Shown here piece after piece: positions 1-10,190 of a stretch of DNA of 53,296 bases; the stretch's first letter is position 1; each line of letters begins with the position of its first letter. Position numbers and translations under genes: made by a program. Below the pieces are notes generated by a model. It was not told the DNA's origin and did not search any database. It saw nothing but the letters and a program-made list of their open reading frames with translations. The stretch lies in assembly GCA_041746255.1 (NCBI GenBank), contig JBGTHM010000129.1:1-53296 (forward strand), written 5' to 3'. Source of the stretch: Fibrobacteria bacterium (GTDB lineage Bacteria; Fibrobacterota; Fibrobacteria; UBA11236).

Positions 1-2691
1 TATCGATGTATTACCGGGTAGGGTGCTCACGGTGAAATAGGGCTGGTTATCCAGTGTGCTGTCCAGCCCGGGGTATAGGGTTCCTGTTTTATCTTTGATA
101 ATGGCAAAGTAATACTGGAGCGGATAGTTGGTCTGTGTATAATTGGCCGGGATGGATGACGTAAAATTATTGCCCGACTTGTTCATATTGACGGACTGCC
201 ATTTATCAGCCTGATTCACGCGGCGGTAAAAAAGCGTAACCGCCGTGGTGCTTCCGTCGGCATTCACTGAGATTTCCAGATTTTTACCTGCGGAAAATAT
301 TTTCGGAGGCGTATGGGTGGCGCCGGCTACGGGACGGACGGGTTTGCCCCTGGCGGCGGCGATGGCTTGCGGCGCCGGCCCAGGATGGGTGGTGATGGCG
401 GTTTTGGCCGAATGATTGGCGGCCTTCATGGCATTGAGGTCGCTGGTAATCTCCCCGGTGCGGTTTTTCCAATGCCCCTTGAGCATTGGAAGGTCACCGA
501 AACCGATGTCATCGACATAAACGCCGCCCACGGCGGACAAATCCAGCCAAGCCTGCCGGGCGCCTTCATAATATTGCACGGCTTGCTGCTTGGCGTTGGC
601 GTCACCGGTTTTCCGGTAAATGGACCACAGCACCGCGGAACGGAATTTGCCCGCAAAAAACAATCCAAGGCCGCTTAATATGGTCACATCAATTTCAAAT
701 CTCCGGAATTCGGTGGGATTTGCCGGGGGCATCAAGCTCCTGGCTTTTTTGATATGCTCCGCGGCAAGGTTGGCCATGTCCTCTACCCAAGCGGCGAAAT
801 CAATGGGATTGTATTGACCCGTAATGAGTTCCTTCCCGCTTAGCAATGCTTCCACATAATCGTCTATACCCATGATAAGCTGGGGATCGAATGAACTGGC
901 GGCTCTCAACGGATTATCGGAATCGCGGTGAAGCGGTTCTCCATCCACAATGTTGAAGTTGGTATAAATTTCCGTCCAGTAATAACTGCAATTCGCGGAT
1001 GCCCCGTGAAATGTGGTGGTGAGCAATAATATCCGGCTGGCATTACCCAGTCCCGCCTCCACGTCCGCAGCGGCTGCGCCGAAAACCGTATTCAAGTATC
1101 TGCGCCATACTTCGGGGTTGGCATAGGGATTATATAGTAGCCGCCCCCACAAGCGATAACCATAGGCAAATTTTTGAAAGTCGTATTTGGGGTTCAAGCT
1201 TTTGTCTGAATATCCGCAGCGGCCGCCGGTGGTTCCGGAACCTATGCGCCCCTTGAAGGACAGGGGTTCGCACCATTCAATGCCCAGGCTTCCGCAATAG
1301 CTGGAGGTTTTGCCGTAGCCAGCCGCATATAACGGGTCGCCCCAGAGCAACAAACGCTGGGTTCCAGGCCAGATCCGGTGCATGATCCCGAAGTTACGGT
1401 CCTCTTTCATAAAATTCGCAAAGCCATACCGGGAGGCCTGTCCGTTCAGCGCGGTGGTATCGGTGTCGGTGGATTGTTCCTTAGGCCGTATACTCGCCTG
1501 GTGATAGGGTAAACCTTGATGTTCTCCCCAACGTTTGGGAGAAACGATAGTGGTGGCTTTTGCTGCCGTGGCGGCATCGATTTGCTGTTGCACGCACTCC
1601 TTGGCGTGCATGTCTATTATCAGCGGACGCCCGGCATTTACAAATGGCGTTACGGCGCTGAACAGCGTTTTCCAGAAAGCATATTTGCCGTTGGGTACTC
1701 CGGATTCCCTATGAACCCTGAATGTCATACCGGTAATATTGGGGCAAGCTTCCAGAACGGCCCTCAGGGCGTCCCGGCAATATTCGGCATGGGCTACCCC
1801 GCCGCTTCCCCCGGAAAGTCCCTGTACTTTGAATTTGGTGGAAACGTATTCATAAGAATGCGTCCACAAACCCAAATGGAATTGCAGGGCCCGCTTGGCG
1901 CATTCATCCGATATATATTTCAACATTTCCAGATTCGTCTTTTGCTCACCGGCGCTGAGGTCGCTTACGGATACGCCTTTTAACGATATCAAAAATGGAT
2001 AGGTAAAGGCTAAATAGGCGTCATTGATTTTTTTGGTGGGGCTGCCATAATTATCCCCCATCCCAAAGTTCAAGCTCAGACAATTTATGCGGCTCGTCAC
2101 CAATAGTGTCAGGTATTCCTGCCAGTACTGCTTGTCGACAAACCAAGGTTTGTCTTCAATTTCACTGACAAAATTCCTTGCGATGCTTCGCAACTGGTTA
2201 TGGGGTTGTTCAATGGTGGCTGCGGGCACGGATAGCGCCGAGGCAATATCGGCTGTATACAAAACCCGGTCCGTGAGCTCCATCAAAGCGTACACCATTC
2301 CGCGGGCGTCATTGGCTGAGGCCAGTAATACGGGACGATTATTCATCTGCCCTTCGGCCAACGCACAGGCTTCGGGCGCATTAGGCAATCCGGCGATGGA
2401 ATGCAGTTGGCTTTCGGCTACGATGACGAGATCGGTTGGGGCCGCCGCCGCAACGGAATTGACAAGGCTTACTTTGACGCCTTTGGCTTCCAGAGCCTGC
2501 TTCAGCTGGCTGATGGCCCACTGGCTGGGTGCGGATGCGGCTACGGAGTCACCCGGGTCGGTAACAATACCAACACCGCTGATTTCAGCCGCCAGAATAT
2601 TTTGGGTCCAACCTCCGGAAATCGCCACTGCGGCAAGTCCCAGAGAGGAGTCTTTCAAAAACTTGCGCCGACTTAAAGAAATGTTTTCCAC
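1..2691 (-). CDS. Tat-exported large glycoside-hydrolase-like protein (GH20/GH67/GH115-type N-terminal domain), 3' end beyond window, >=897 aa
   Basis: Absent from the ORF track because no stop codon lies in the window. GTG at 2691 follows GGAGA and reads MENISLSRRKFLKDSSLGLAAVA (twin-arginine motif). The same frame is open at the segments I translated down to base 1 (...NQPYFTVSTLPGNTSI). Motifs ANDARGMVYALMEL and YRLWGRLLYNP echo the neighbouring paralogs. Confidence 0.85.
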   Translation of the reverse strand, partial: MENISLSRRKFLKDSSLGLAAVAISGGWTQNILAAEISGVGIVTDPGDSVAASAPSQWAISQLKQALEAKGVKVSLVNSVAAAAPTDLVIVAESQLHSIAGLPNAPEACALAEGQMNNRPVLLASANDARGMVYALMELTDRVLYTADIASALSVPAATIEQPHNQLRSIARNFVSEIEDKPWFVDKQYWQEYLTLLVTSRINCLSLNFGMGDNYGSPTKKINDAYLAFTYPFLISLKGVSVSDLSAGEQKTNLEMLKYISDECAKRALQFHLGLWTHSYEYVSTKFKVQGLSGGSGGVAHAEYCRDALRAVLEACPNITGMTFRVHRESGVPNGKYAFWKTLFSAVTPFVNAGRPLIIDMHAKECVQQQIDAATAAKATTIVSPKRWGEHQGLPYHQASIRPKEQSTDTDTTALNGQASRYGFANFMKEDRNFGIMHRIWPGTQRLLLWGDPLYAAGYGKTSSYCGSLGIEWCEPLSFKGRIGSGTTGGRCGYSDKSLNPKYDFQKFAYGYRLWGRLLYNPYANPEVWRRYLNTVFGAAAADVEAGLGNASRILLLTTTFHGASANCSYYWTEIYTNFNIVDGEPLHRDSDNPLRAASSFDPQLIMGIDDYVEALLSGKELITGQYNPIDFAAWVEDMANLAAEHIKKARSLMPPANPTEFRRFEIDVTILSGLGLFFAGKFRSAVLWSIYRKTGDANAKQQAVQYYEGARQAWLDLSAVGGVYVDDIGFGDLPMLKGHWKNRTGEITSDLNAMKAANHSAKTAITTHPGPAPQAIAAARGKPVRPVAGATHTPPKIFSAGKNLEISVNADGSTTAVTLFYRRVNQADKWQSVNMNKSGNNFTSSIPANYTQTNYPLQYYFAIIKDKTGTLYPGLDSTLDNQPYFTVSTLPGNTSI

Positions 2692-3267
2692 GTTTTCTCC
2701 GGAGATTATTTTGAAAATTCCTGGATATGAGTAGCCAGTCTGCAAAAATACCCTGGGGTTTTCAGCATTGGACGTGTTAGCAGTGATAGGTTGCTTTCAA
2801 GGAATTGGTTCTCGCTAAAGGAGTAGTTCCCAGAACAAACGGAACCGTGATATTCGCGGAAAGCTTGGCTAACCGCAGTATTCTTCTAATTACGGCAATC
2901 CAAAGCATTACGTTTGCCAAAATCTTCGGGAAGCTGATTCTTATTTCCGAGGTGACCAACCCATACCGAAGCGAATTCAGTTTGAGAAAACTTACTGTAG
3001 GGTTTCGGATTTGGCTTTGAGCCTACCGGTCTACCGGAGAAGATATTGTATTAGAAAAGAAACAGTATTGGCCTGATGGAGGGCACATACCTGTTTGATT
3101 TAAAAAACAGTTTTTGGGGATCCCCCCAATGGATCCCGCATCCAATGGTAAGTGTGGACATATTTTTCACCTGGGATTCCTCGGGTTGTATCTGTTGGAA
3201 TTTCCGCTTCACAACCTTGGAAAATGACCTGGATGGTTGGTTTTTATTTTGAAGGGTAGATAACGAT

Positions 3268-5760
3268 ATGGTGACCTATGTTCGTTTCGGGGCCAAGCGT
3301 TCTTTCCCATCTAGAAAAACCGGCCTGGCTATTGCTTTATCCCTGGCCTTTTCCCTTGTTGCGAAAGCCGAAACGGTTACTATTTATGTGAATTCCGATA
3401 TTCCGCAACATGCTTTCGCCATGGGCGATATCAAATCAGCCCTCGAAAAGAAGGGTTTCGGAGTTTCCATGCAAACCCTGGGCGCCTTGTCCCCTGCCGC
3501 TCAAGGTCCAAAAATCGTAGTAGCCACTAAGAATGATGCTCTGGCACTGCAACAATTGAAGAGCGAGGGTGGGCAGGCCTTAGGTAACCTCATTCCCCAA
3601 GCTTATGGTATCCGTTCCACGGGGACCCAGGCCTTATCGCAATGGGTGGTGGGCGGAGATATCAATGGCGCCATGTATGGCGCCCTGCAGGTGGCCGAGA
3701 ATATTGGTCTACAAGGATGGGGCCAGAAGTACGACACGGAAGAATCCCCCCATATCCTCCACCGCGGGATAAAGTTCAATCTGCCCTTTGATGCGCGCAG
3801 CCCGACCTATTACGGAAACGGCTTTTCCCAGACGGACTTCAAGGGGACTTCGCATCAGTTGGCCATTGAGCATGTCTGGGACCTGGAATTCTGGCGCGAA
3901 TGGTTCGATGAAATGGCCCGCATGCGATACAACGTTTTGCAAATGTGGTCCTTGCATCCCTTTACCTCCATGATAAAACTGCCCGACTATCCCAACGTGG
4001 CCCTGCAGGATATCCAAGGATTCCATGGGTTTACCAAGAAAATGTCCATTGATGAGAAAATAACCTTCTGGCGCGAAGTCATGACGCTGGCCAAGAACCG
4101 GGGGTTTGAATTCCACTTCATGATCTGGAATCTATACACCTATGGAGCCACCGGGAAATACGGAATCACCAATGATCCCAAAAATGCCGCCACCGCTCCC
4201 TATATGCGGAAATGCATTTACAAACTTTTTGAAACCTATCCCGATCTGACCGGGTTCGGCGTGACCTCCGGAGAGAATATGGGGGGAATGGGCGATGCGC
4301 AGGAGGCGAAATGGATGTGGTCCTCTTTCGGCCAGGGAATTTTGGATTTCGCCAACGCCCATAAGGACAGGGAAATCGTTTTCGTCCACCGCTACCACGA
4401 CGCGGGTGGAGATGCGGTGGCCCAGAATTTCAAACCGCTTATCGATGCGCCCAATGTGCGCTTCGATTTTTCCTTCAAGTATGCCGTAGCCCACATCTAT
4501 TCCACCACGAGTCCCGACTGGATTAGGACCCGGAATGGCGATGTGCCGCAACAGCTGGCCTCCCTCAACCTGAAAACCTGGCTGGAATTGCGCAACGACA
4601 GCTTCTATTACCTCCATTGGGGCAATCCGGAATTCGTGCGTGAATACATCGGCAACTTTCCCCAGGCCGACAAATACATCCAGGGATTCGTGGCGGGCCA
4701 GGACGGCTTCGTACCCACGAGGGTTTTTCTGAACAAGGCGGTCTGGACGAAGAACCAACTGGAGCTCAAAAGGCATTGGTATACCCATACGCTTTGGGGC
4801 CGGCTCTCGTATAATCCTGACTTGCCGGACGGGGTGTTCGCGCAACTGATGGGTCAACGATATCCCGGCGCCGGGCCGGGATTGTTCTCAGCCTGGGCCA
4901 AGGCTTCGGAAGGCGTTCCGAAAATTACGGAATTGCTGCAAGGCACCTGGAAGGCGGATTACCTTTGGTGGCCGGAGGCCATGAAGTCTTTGGCTCAGGG
5001 ATTCCGAACCATTGCCAATTTCACCAATACCGAGCCTCCACCCGGATCGAAGGCCTGCAGTATTAAGAAGACGGCCGCCAAAACCTGCGGCGTCCTGAAA
5101 TCCGCCGTTTTAATTACCGATGAAGTGGAAGGGTCCTCATTGGCGGCCTTGGGTCATGTGGGATTGAAAGGTCCGGTCAATGGCAATGAACTGGAAGTGG
5201 ATCGGGGAAATATCCGGGCCATGGCCTATTTGGGACTGCACCTGGCGGAAAAGGTAAGAGCGGCCGTTGCATTGAGCGCTAAGCAAAATGCCGCGGCCCG
5301 TACGCATGCCGGGCAGGCCTGGTGCCATTGGCAAAGCTACAGCCTTTTAATGGATTCCATGTACAAGGGCATGAATATGCAGAGGACCACCGACCTTGCG
5401 AATTGGTTGTCCCTGGAGGATGAGGTGTACAAGGATTACACGGCCTTGGGCGGGCAGGGTACTCCCAATTGCAAGGATCCGGTGGTAAGTACCCTTCCGG
5501 ATAAGGCAAAACTCCGTATGGTCGAAAGCCTCTCCTTGCATCAGGGCGTGCTGACGGGACATTGGCCAACGGCCGGAGAATTCTCGCTTACGGTTTTCTC
5601 GGTAGGCGGCCGCCGATTGGAGTCGCGAAGAATTGAAATCGCCCAGCCCGGGACCCACTCCCTGAAATTGCCCCATGCCTTGAGCAATACCTTTCTGTGG
5701 GTCAAGGTTGAACATCATGGAAATTCTCAAATCATCAAATTGCCGGCATTGTATCGGTAG
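3268..5760 (+). CDS. Secreted glycoside-hydrolase-like protein, copy 1, with C-terminal sorting-type domain
   Basis: 830 aa. Signal peptide ending AKA-E. GGDINGAMYG and HRGIKFN motifs typical of GH20/67/115-like N-domain plus barrel. C-terminal FSVGGRRL beta-rich module. Family and substrate not assignable. Confidence 0.8.
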   Translation: MVTYVRFGAKRSFPSRKTGLAIALSLAFSLVAKAETVTIYVNSDIPQHAFAMGDIKSALEKKGFGVSMQTLGALSPAAQGPKIVVATKNDALALQQLKSEGGQALGNLIPQAYGIRSTGTQALSQWVVGGDINGAMYGALQVAENIGLQGWGQKYDTEESPHILHRGIKFNLPFDARSPTYYGNGFSQTDFKGTSHQLAIEHVWDLEFWREWFDEMARMRYNVLQMWSLHPFTSMIKLPDYPNVALQDIQGFHGFTKKMSIDEKITFWREVMTLAKNRGFEFHFMIWNLYTYGATGKYGITNDPKNAATAPYMRKCIYKLFETYPDLTGFGVTSGENMGGMGDAQEAKWMWSSFGQGILDFANAHKDREIVFVHRYHDAGGDAVAQNFKPLIDAPNVRFDFSFKYAVAHIYSTTSPDWIRTRNGDVPQQLASLNLKTWLELRNDSFYYLHWGNPEFVREYIGNFPQADKYIQGFVAGQDGFVPTRVFLNKAVWTKNQLELKRHWYTHTLWGRLSYNPDLPDGVFAQLMGQRYPGAGPGLFSAWAKASEGVPKITELLQGTWKADYLWWPEAMKSLAQGFRTIANFTNTEPPPGSKACSIKKTAAKTCGVLKSAVLITDEVEGSSLAALGHVGLKGPVNGNELEVDRGNIRAMAYLGLHLAEKVRAAVALSAKQNAAARTHAGQAWCHWQSYSLLMDSMYKGMNMQRTTDLANWLSLEDEVYKDYTALGGQGTPNCKDPVVSTLPDKAKLRMVESLSLHQGVLTGHWPTAGEFSLTVFSVGGRRLESRRIEIAQPGTHSLKLPHALSNTFLWVKVEHHGNSQIIKLPALYR

Positions 5761-7968
5761 GCACCGGAGAAAATCATGATCCAGATTAAATTCATCCCAG
5801 TCAGGAAGCTGGCCATAGGCCTGTTCCAGGTCCTGGCCTTAGTCTTCCTGGCGCAAGCCGAAACCGTCTCTCTTTTCTTCAATGCCGACATCCCCCAACA
5901 TGTTTTCGCCGCGGGTGATATCAAGAAGGCCCTCGAGAAAAAAGGTTTGACGGTATCGCTGCAATCGCTGGGCGCCTTGTCCGCGGCGGTATCAGGACCA
6001 AAAATCGTGGTTACCACCCAGGATAACGCCGCCATCCTGCAACAAATGACTGTTGCCGGCGGGAAGGCCTTGGGCGCCCTTTCGGCGCAAGCCTACGGGA
6101 TCCGCTCCACCGGCGCCCAGGTCCGCTCGCAATGGGTGGTGGGCGGCGATGTCAATGGAGCGATGTATGGCGCGCTCCAGGTGGCGGAAAACATCGGCAT
6201 CCACGGCTGGGGTCAAGCCATGGACATGGAGGAGTCCCCCCATATCCTCCGCCGCGGGACGAAGTTCAATCTCCCCTTTGATGCGCGCAGTCCGACCTAT
6301 TACGGAGCCGGCCATTCCAAGACGGACTTTAGGGGGACTTCGCATCAGGTGGCCGTCGAGCATGTCTGGGACCTGGATTTCTGGCGCGAGTGGTTCGATG
6401 AAATGGCCCGCATGCGATACAATGTGCTGCAAATATGGTCCTTGCATCCTTTTACTTCCATGGTAAAGCTGCCCGACTATCCCAATGTGGCGCTACAGGA
6501 CATTCAAGGGTTCAACGGGTTTACCAAGAAAATGTCCATCGACGAAAAAATAACCTTCTGGCGCGAAGTCATGAAGATGGCCAAGAACCGGGGATTCGAA
6601 TTCCATATCATGACCTGGAATGTTTACACCTACGGAGCCACCGGGAAATACGGCATAGACGATGATCCCAAAAATGCCGCGACTGTTACATACTTTCGGA
6701 AAAGCATCTACAGTCTCTTTGAAACCTATCCCGATCTGACCGGATTCGGCGTGTCCCCCAGTGAAGGTATGGGGAGCATTCCCGCCGCGCAAAGGCCGGC
6801 ATGGATGTGGTCCACTTTCGGCCAGGAAATCCTCAAATTCGCCAACGCCCATAAGGACCGGGACATCGTTTTCATACACCGCTATCACGGCTTGTCGGGC
6901 TCGGGGCCGGCCCAGAATTTCCAACCTATTATCGACGCCCCCAATACGCGTTTCGATTTTTCCTTCAAGTATTCCGGAGCCCACATCTATTCCACTACCA
7001 CTCCCGACTGGATTTCGTCCCAAAATGGCGATGTGCTGCAAAGCCTATCCTCCCTTAACCTGAAAACCTGGCTGGAATTGCGCACGGATGATTTCTTCTA
7101 CTTGCATTGGGGCAATCCGGACTTTGCCCGTGAATACATCGCCAATCTTCCCCAGGTCGACAAATACATCCAGGGATTCGTCATGGGTCAGGATGGGCTC
7201 GTGCCCACGCGGGTTTTTATCAACAAGGCGGTATGGACGGATAAGCAACTGGATATCAGCAGGATTTGGTATACCCATACGCTTTGGGGCCGGCTCTCCT
7301 ACAATCCCGACTTGCCGGACGCGGTTTTGCAGCAACTGATGGATCAGAGATATCCCGGAGCCGGCCCGGGATTATTCTCAGCCTGGAACAAAGCATCGGA
7401 AGGCGTTCCGAAAATAACCGACTTGCTGCAAGGCACCTGGAAGGTGGATCATCTTTGGTGGCCGGAAGCCAATTTGTCCATGACTCAGGGGTATAGAACC
7501 ATCGCCGATTTCATCACCACCGAGCCTCCGCCCGGATCGAAGGCATGCAGTATTGCCAAGACGGCCGCCAAAACCTGCGGCACCCTGAAATCAGCCGTTT
7601 TGATATCCGACGAAGTGGAAGTATCCTCCTTGGCGGCATTGGGTCACGTGGGATTGACAGGGCCGGTCAACAGCAATAAACTGGAAGTGGACCGGGGGAA
7701 TATCCGGGCCATGGCCTATCTGGGGCTGTACTTGGCGGATAAGGTAAGAGCGGCCGTTGCATTGAGCGCTAAACAAAATCCCGCGGCCCGCACCCTTGCC
7801 GGGCAGGCTTGGTGCCATTGGAAAAACTACAGCCTTTTGATGGATTCCATGTACAAAGGCATGAATATGCAGAGAAACGGTAACCTTCAGAACTGGTTGT
7901 CCCTGGAGGATAAGGTGCATAAGGATTACACGGACCTGGGCGGGCAGGGGACTCCCAATTGCAAGGAA
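3361..7968 (+). repeat. Tandem gene duplication: ~3361-5478 repeated at ~5851-7968
   Basis: Long identical nucleotide runs at the same 2490-bp offset at three checkpoints (3367/5857, 3790/6280, 5448/7938). Signal peptides and C-terminal domains are much more diverged. Confidence 0.9.
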
Positions 7969-8244
7969 TTGGTTGTGAATAATGCCGCCCTTCCGAAAAA
8001 ATCCAACCTGGTTGAAAATCTTTCCCTGAGCCGGAATCTGCTTGGGGGATACTGGCCTGTCGAGGGAAAATACCAAGTAACGATTTTCTCCCTGGACGGC
8101 CGGCGGATGGGCTCGCTGGGAGTCGATATTTTGAAAGCCGGCACGCATTCGGTGGCTTTGCCTACTCCCGTGTCCGGCTCCCTTTTCTGGCTGAAAGTGG
8201 AAAATCAAGGGGATCATCAGATCATCAAATTACCGGCTTTGTAA
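5776..8244 (+). CDS. Secreted glycoside-hydrolase-like protein, copy 2 (tandem paralog)
   Basis: 822 aa, GGAGA RBS, signal peptide ending AQA-E. Colinear with copy 1 at a 2490-bp offset. C-terminal FSLDGRRM module. Confidence 0.8.
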   Translation: MIQIKFIPVRKLAIGLFQVLALVFLAQAETVSLFFNADIPQHVFAAGDIKKALEKKGLTVSLQSLGALSAAVSGPKIVVTTQDNAAILQQMTVAGGKALGALSAQAYGIRSTGAQVRSQWVVGGDVNGAMYGALQVAENIGIHGWGQAMDMEESPHILRRGTKFNLPFDARSPTYYGAGHSKTDFRGTSHQVAVEHVWDLDFWREWFDEMARMRYNVLQIWSLHPFTSMVKLPDYPNVALQDIQGFNGFTKKMSIDEKITFWREVMKMAKNRGFEFHIMTWNVYTYGATGKYGIDDDPKNAATVTYFRKSIYSLFETYPDLTGFGVSPSEGMGSIPAAQRPAWMWSTFGQEILKFANAHKDRDIVFIHRYHGLSGSGPAQNFQPIIDAPNTRFDFSFKYSGAHIYSTTTPDWISSQNGDVLQSLSSLNLKTWLELRTDDFFYLHWGNPDFAREYIANLPQVDKYIQGFVMGQDGLVPTRVFINKAVWTDKQLDISRIWYTHTLWGRLSYNPDLPDAVLQQLMDQRYPGAGPGLFSAWNKASEGVPKITDLLQGTWKVDHLWWPEANLSMTQGYRTIADFITTEPPPGSKACSIAKTAAKTCGTLKSAVLISDEVEVSSLAALGHVGLTGPVNSNKLEVDRGNIRAMAYLGLYLADKVRAAVALSAKQNPAARTLAGQAWCHWKNYSLLMDSMYKGMNMQRNGNLQNWLSLEDKVHKDYTDLGGQGTPNCKELVVNNAALPKKSNLVENLSLSRNLLGGYWPVEGKYQVTIFSLDGRRMGSLGVDILKAGTHSVALPTPVSGSLFWLKVENQGDHQIIKLPAL

Positions 8245-8309
8245 GACTCCGTCACCCGGGCGGGCCTTAATACCGGGAAGCTCAACGGGAGCCCATCGCC
8301 CACGCCTTT

Positions 8310-10034
8310 TCATTCCAGCATAGGTTTAATTCGGAAGACGCCCTCGCCTATATTCGACGGTAATTGAATCGAATAATCCTGCCCGATGTCGTTCTGGGAA
8401 TGGCTCCAGACGTTTTTTCCCTTTACGTCGAAGACGACAAAGCCGCGCACGCCCTTAGGGACATCCACCACGGAATTGTCTCGGCCATTCGAAATGACCA
8501 GGCGGCTCATCATTTTTTTGACTGCAGGTAACTGCCCGATGCTCACGGGAGTGCCGCATTGAGTTTGATCATGTATACCGGCCAATTTGTTATATCCGGA
8601 AAATTTATCATCGGTGCAGCCTGTAATTGCGGGTTTCATGTCGGGATGGTCAAATCGGTAAATTTCCCGATAATCCCGGCCTACTCTCCAGGAAGCGTAA
8701 ACGGCATACAGATATCCGAAGCTGTCCCTCCCGATATAAACGATTCCGTCATGGCCATCCGTATTATCTGAAATTGCGTTGGATGATCTTCCGATCAGTT
8801 TAGGAGGTGTGCCGGATATAGTCACCACTCCGGAACCATCCGATTTTTGCGTCCAAGAGTATGTGGCGGGTTGATTGGCTTTAGTCGCGTACATTATTCC
8901 ATAACGGGTATCCGAGAAAATGTGATTACCGTAAAGAGGCGAATTCTTCGCTCCTAAAAAAGTTCGCCCTCCTAGAATACTTGAAAACCGGATATAATTT
9001 CCTTCCTCTCCGATTTCACCCGCAACCGTTGTGGGATTACGCGGGAAGGCCCAGAAAGGATTCATGAATTGGGAACAATCCCGGGATGCTTTCAAGGAAG
9101 TCACCATTTTACCCGGGTAACAAGGGCCCGAAAACCCTGCGCCAAAAATACTGCCCGTGCCGTCACCCTTATCCGCCCAACCCCCATTCGATCCTTTTGT
9201 TATGATGTTCAATTCTTCCCACGTGTTCTGGCCAACTTCACCCGCGAAGAGATCTCCCGTCAAATCGTCGAAATGCAGACCCCAGATATTGCGAATTCCC
9301 CAGGCCCAAATTTCTTTTCTGATGTTAGGCTCCGTTCGGCCCACCAAGGGATTGTCGGAGGGTATACCGTACTCTTTGCCCCCCTCTTTTTTATCGACGT
9401 CGATACGTAAAACTTTTCGCGCCAAGGTGGTAAAGTCCTGGCTGTCTTTAGCATAATCCCCCACAGCGATATACAGATACCCATCCGGACCGAAGGTCAT
9501 ACAGCTCACCCCATGTGAGGGAAGGTGTTCATAGGATAGAATCGTTCGGGTAAAGTTTACCTGGTCCTTCATTTCACCGGTGGCTACCCATTCATCGACG
9601 GTAATGAACCCCCCTGTTTTAGGTTTAAGATCTTGCCCGGGTTTCATAGCCATGTATATGACATAAAATTTTCCATTGGTTTGAAAATCCGGATGAAAAG
9701 AGAGGTTCCATGCGCCATATTCACCATTGATGGCGGGATGAACTTTGGATTTGAAATCGGCGATGCGTTTTTTGGGGTAATCCATGTTGGGATTCGGTTT
9801 TACGGATTTGGGATCGTAATTGTCGGGATAAAGGGTGTAAATTTCCCCGTACCAGCCAAGTACCCAGAAATGCTGGCGCATTCCGGGCACTTCGTCCATC
9901 CAGATCACTTTAATGGCATCGCTTACGAAACTGGTTTTTTTAAAATCGTAAAAAGGTTTCATCTCACCTATTGCGGCCAAAGTCGGGGTTGCCAAAAAAA
10001 TCCAGAACAGGCTGGTAGCAAGTGTCATATGCAT
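8310..10034 (-). CDS. Secreted PQQ-dependent sugar dehydrogenase (glucose/sorbosone dehydrogenase beta-propeller) with C-terminal sorting-type domain
   Basis: HGVSCMTFGPDGYLYIAVGD, WAWGIRN and GEVGQNTWEELN motifs; signal peptide; GCTD..YN linker; C-terminal FDVKGKNV module. Confidence 0.8.
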   Translation of the reverse strand: MHMTLATSLFWIFLATPTLAAIGEMKPFYDFKKTSFVSDAIKVIWMDEVPGMRQHFWVLGWYGEIYTLYPDNYDPKSVKPNPNMDYPKKRIADFKSKVHPAINGEYGAWNLSFHPDFQTNGKFYVIYMAMKPGQDLKPKTGGFITVDEWVATGEMKDQVNFTRTILSYEHLPSHGVSCMTFGPDGYLYIAVGDYAKDSQDFTTLARKVLRIDVDKKEGGKEYGIPSDNPLVGRTEPNIRKEIWAWGIRNIWGLHFDDLTGDLFAGEVGQNTWEELNIITKGSNGGWADKGDGTGSIFGAGFSGPCYPGKMVTSLKASRDCSQFMNPFWAFPRNPTTVAGEIGEEGNYIRFSSILGGRTFLGAKNSPLYGNHIFSDTRYGIMYATKANQPATYSWTQKSDGSGVVTISGTPPKLIGRSSNAISDNTDGHDGIVYIGRDSFGYLYAVYASWRVGRDYREIYRFDHPDMKPAITGCTDDKFSGYNKLAGIHDQTQCGTPVSIGQLPAVKKMMSRLVISNGRDNSVVDVPKGVRGFVVFDVKGKNVWSHSQNDIGQDYSIQLPSNIGEGVFRIKPMLE

Positions 10035-10143
10035 TATTTCCTTATAAAGAAATCCACTCTTACCAATTTAGCCCGAAATGGCGTTCGCTGCGTCTACCGG
10101 CACGCGACTAATTGAACTAAGTGTTTTTTATAAAATAGGGGTA

Positions 10144-10168
10144 GCAAGGCTTCCAGCGAAAGCCTTGC
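10144..10168 (-). terminator. Hairpin downstream of flgB, possible terminator
   Basis: GCAAGGCTT-N7-AAGCCTTGC, a perfect 9-bp stem 22 nt after the flgB stop. The U-tract is weak. Confidence 0.45.
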
Positions 10169-10190
10169 GAATACCGATGGGGAATGAATT

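Noticed and set aside
1516..2734. Plus-strand ORFs of 155 and 215 aa
   Set aside because: They are antisense shadows of the long minus-strand Tat-substrate gene.
2777..3020. Short ORFs in the divergent intergenic region
   Set aside because: They overlap on opposite strands, have no recognisable motifs and sit where promoters are expected.
3361..7968. Duplicated region as a diversity-generating retroelement template/variable pair, or as an assembly artefact
   Set aside because: It spans whole genes, differences involve all four bases with many synonymous changes, both frames are intact, and no reverse transcriptase is in the window.
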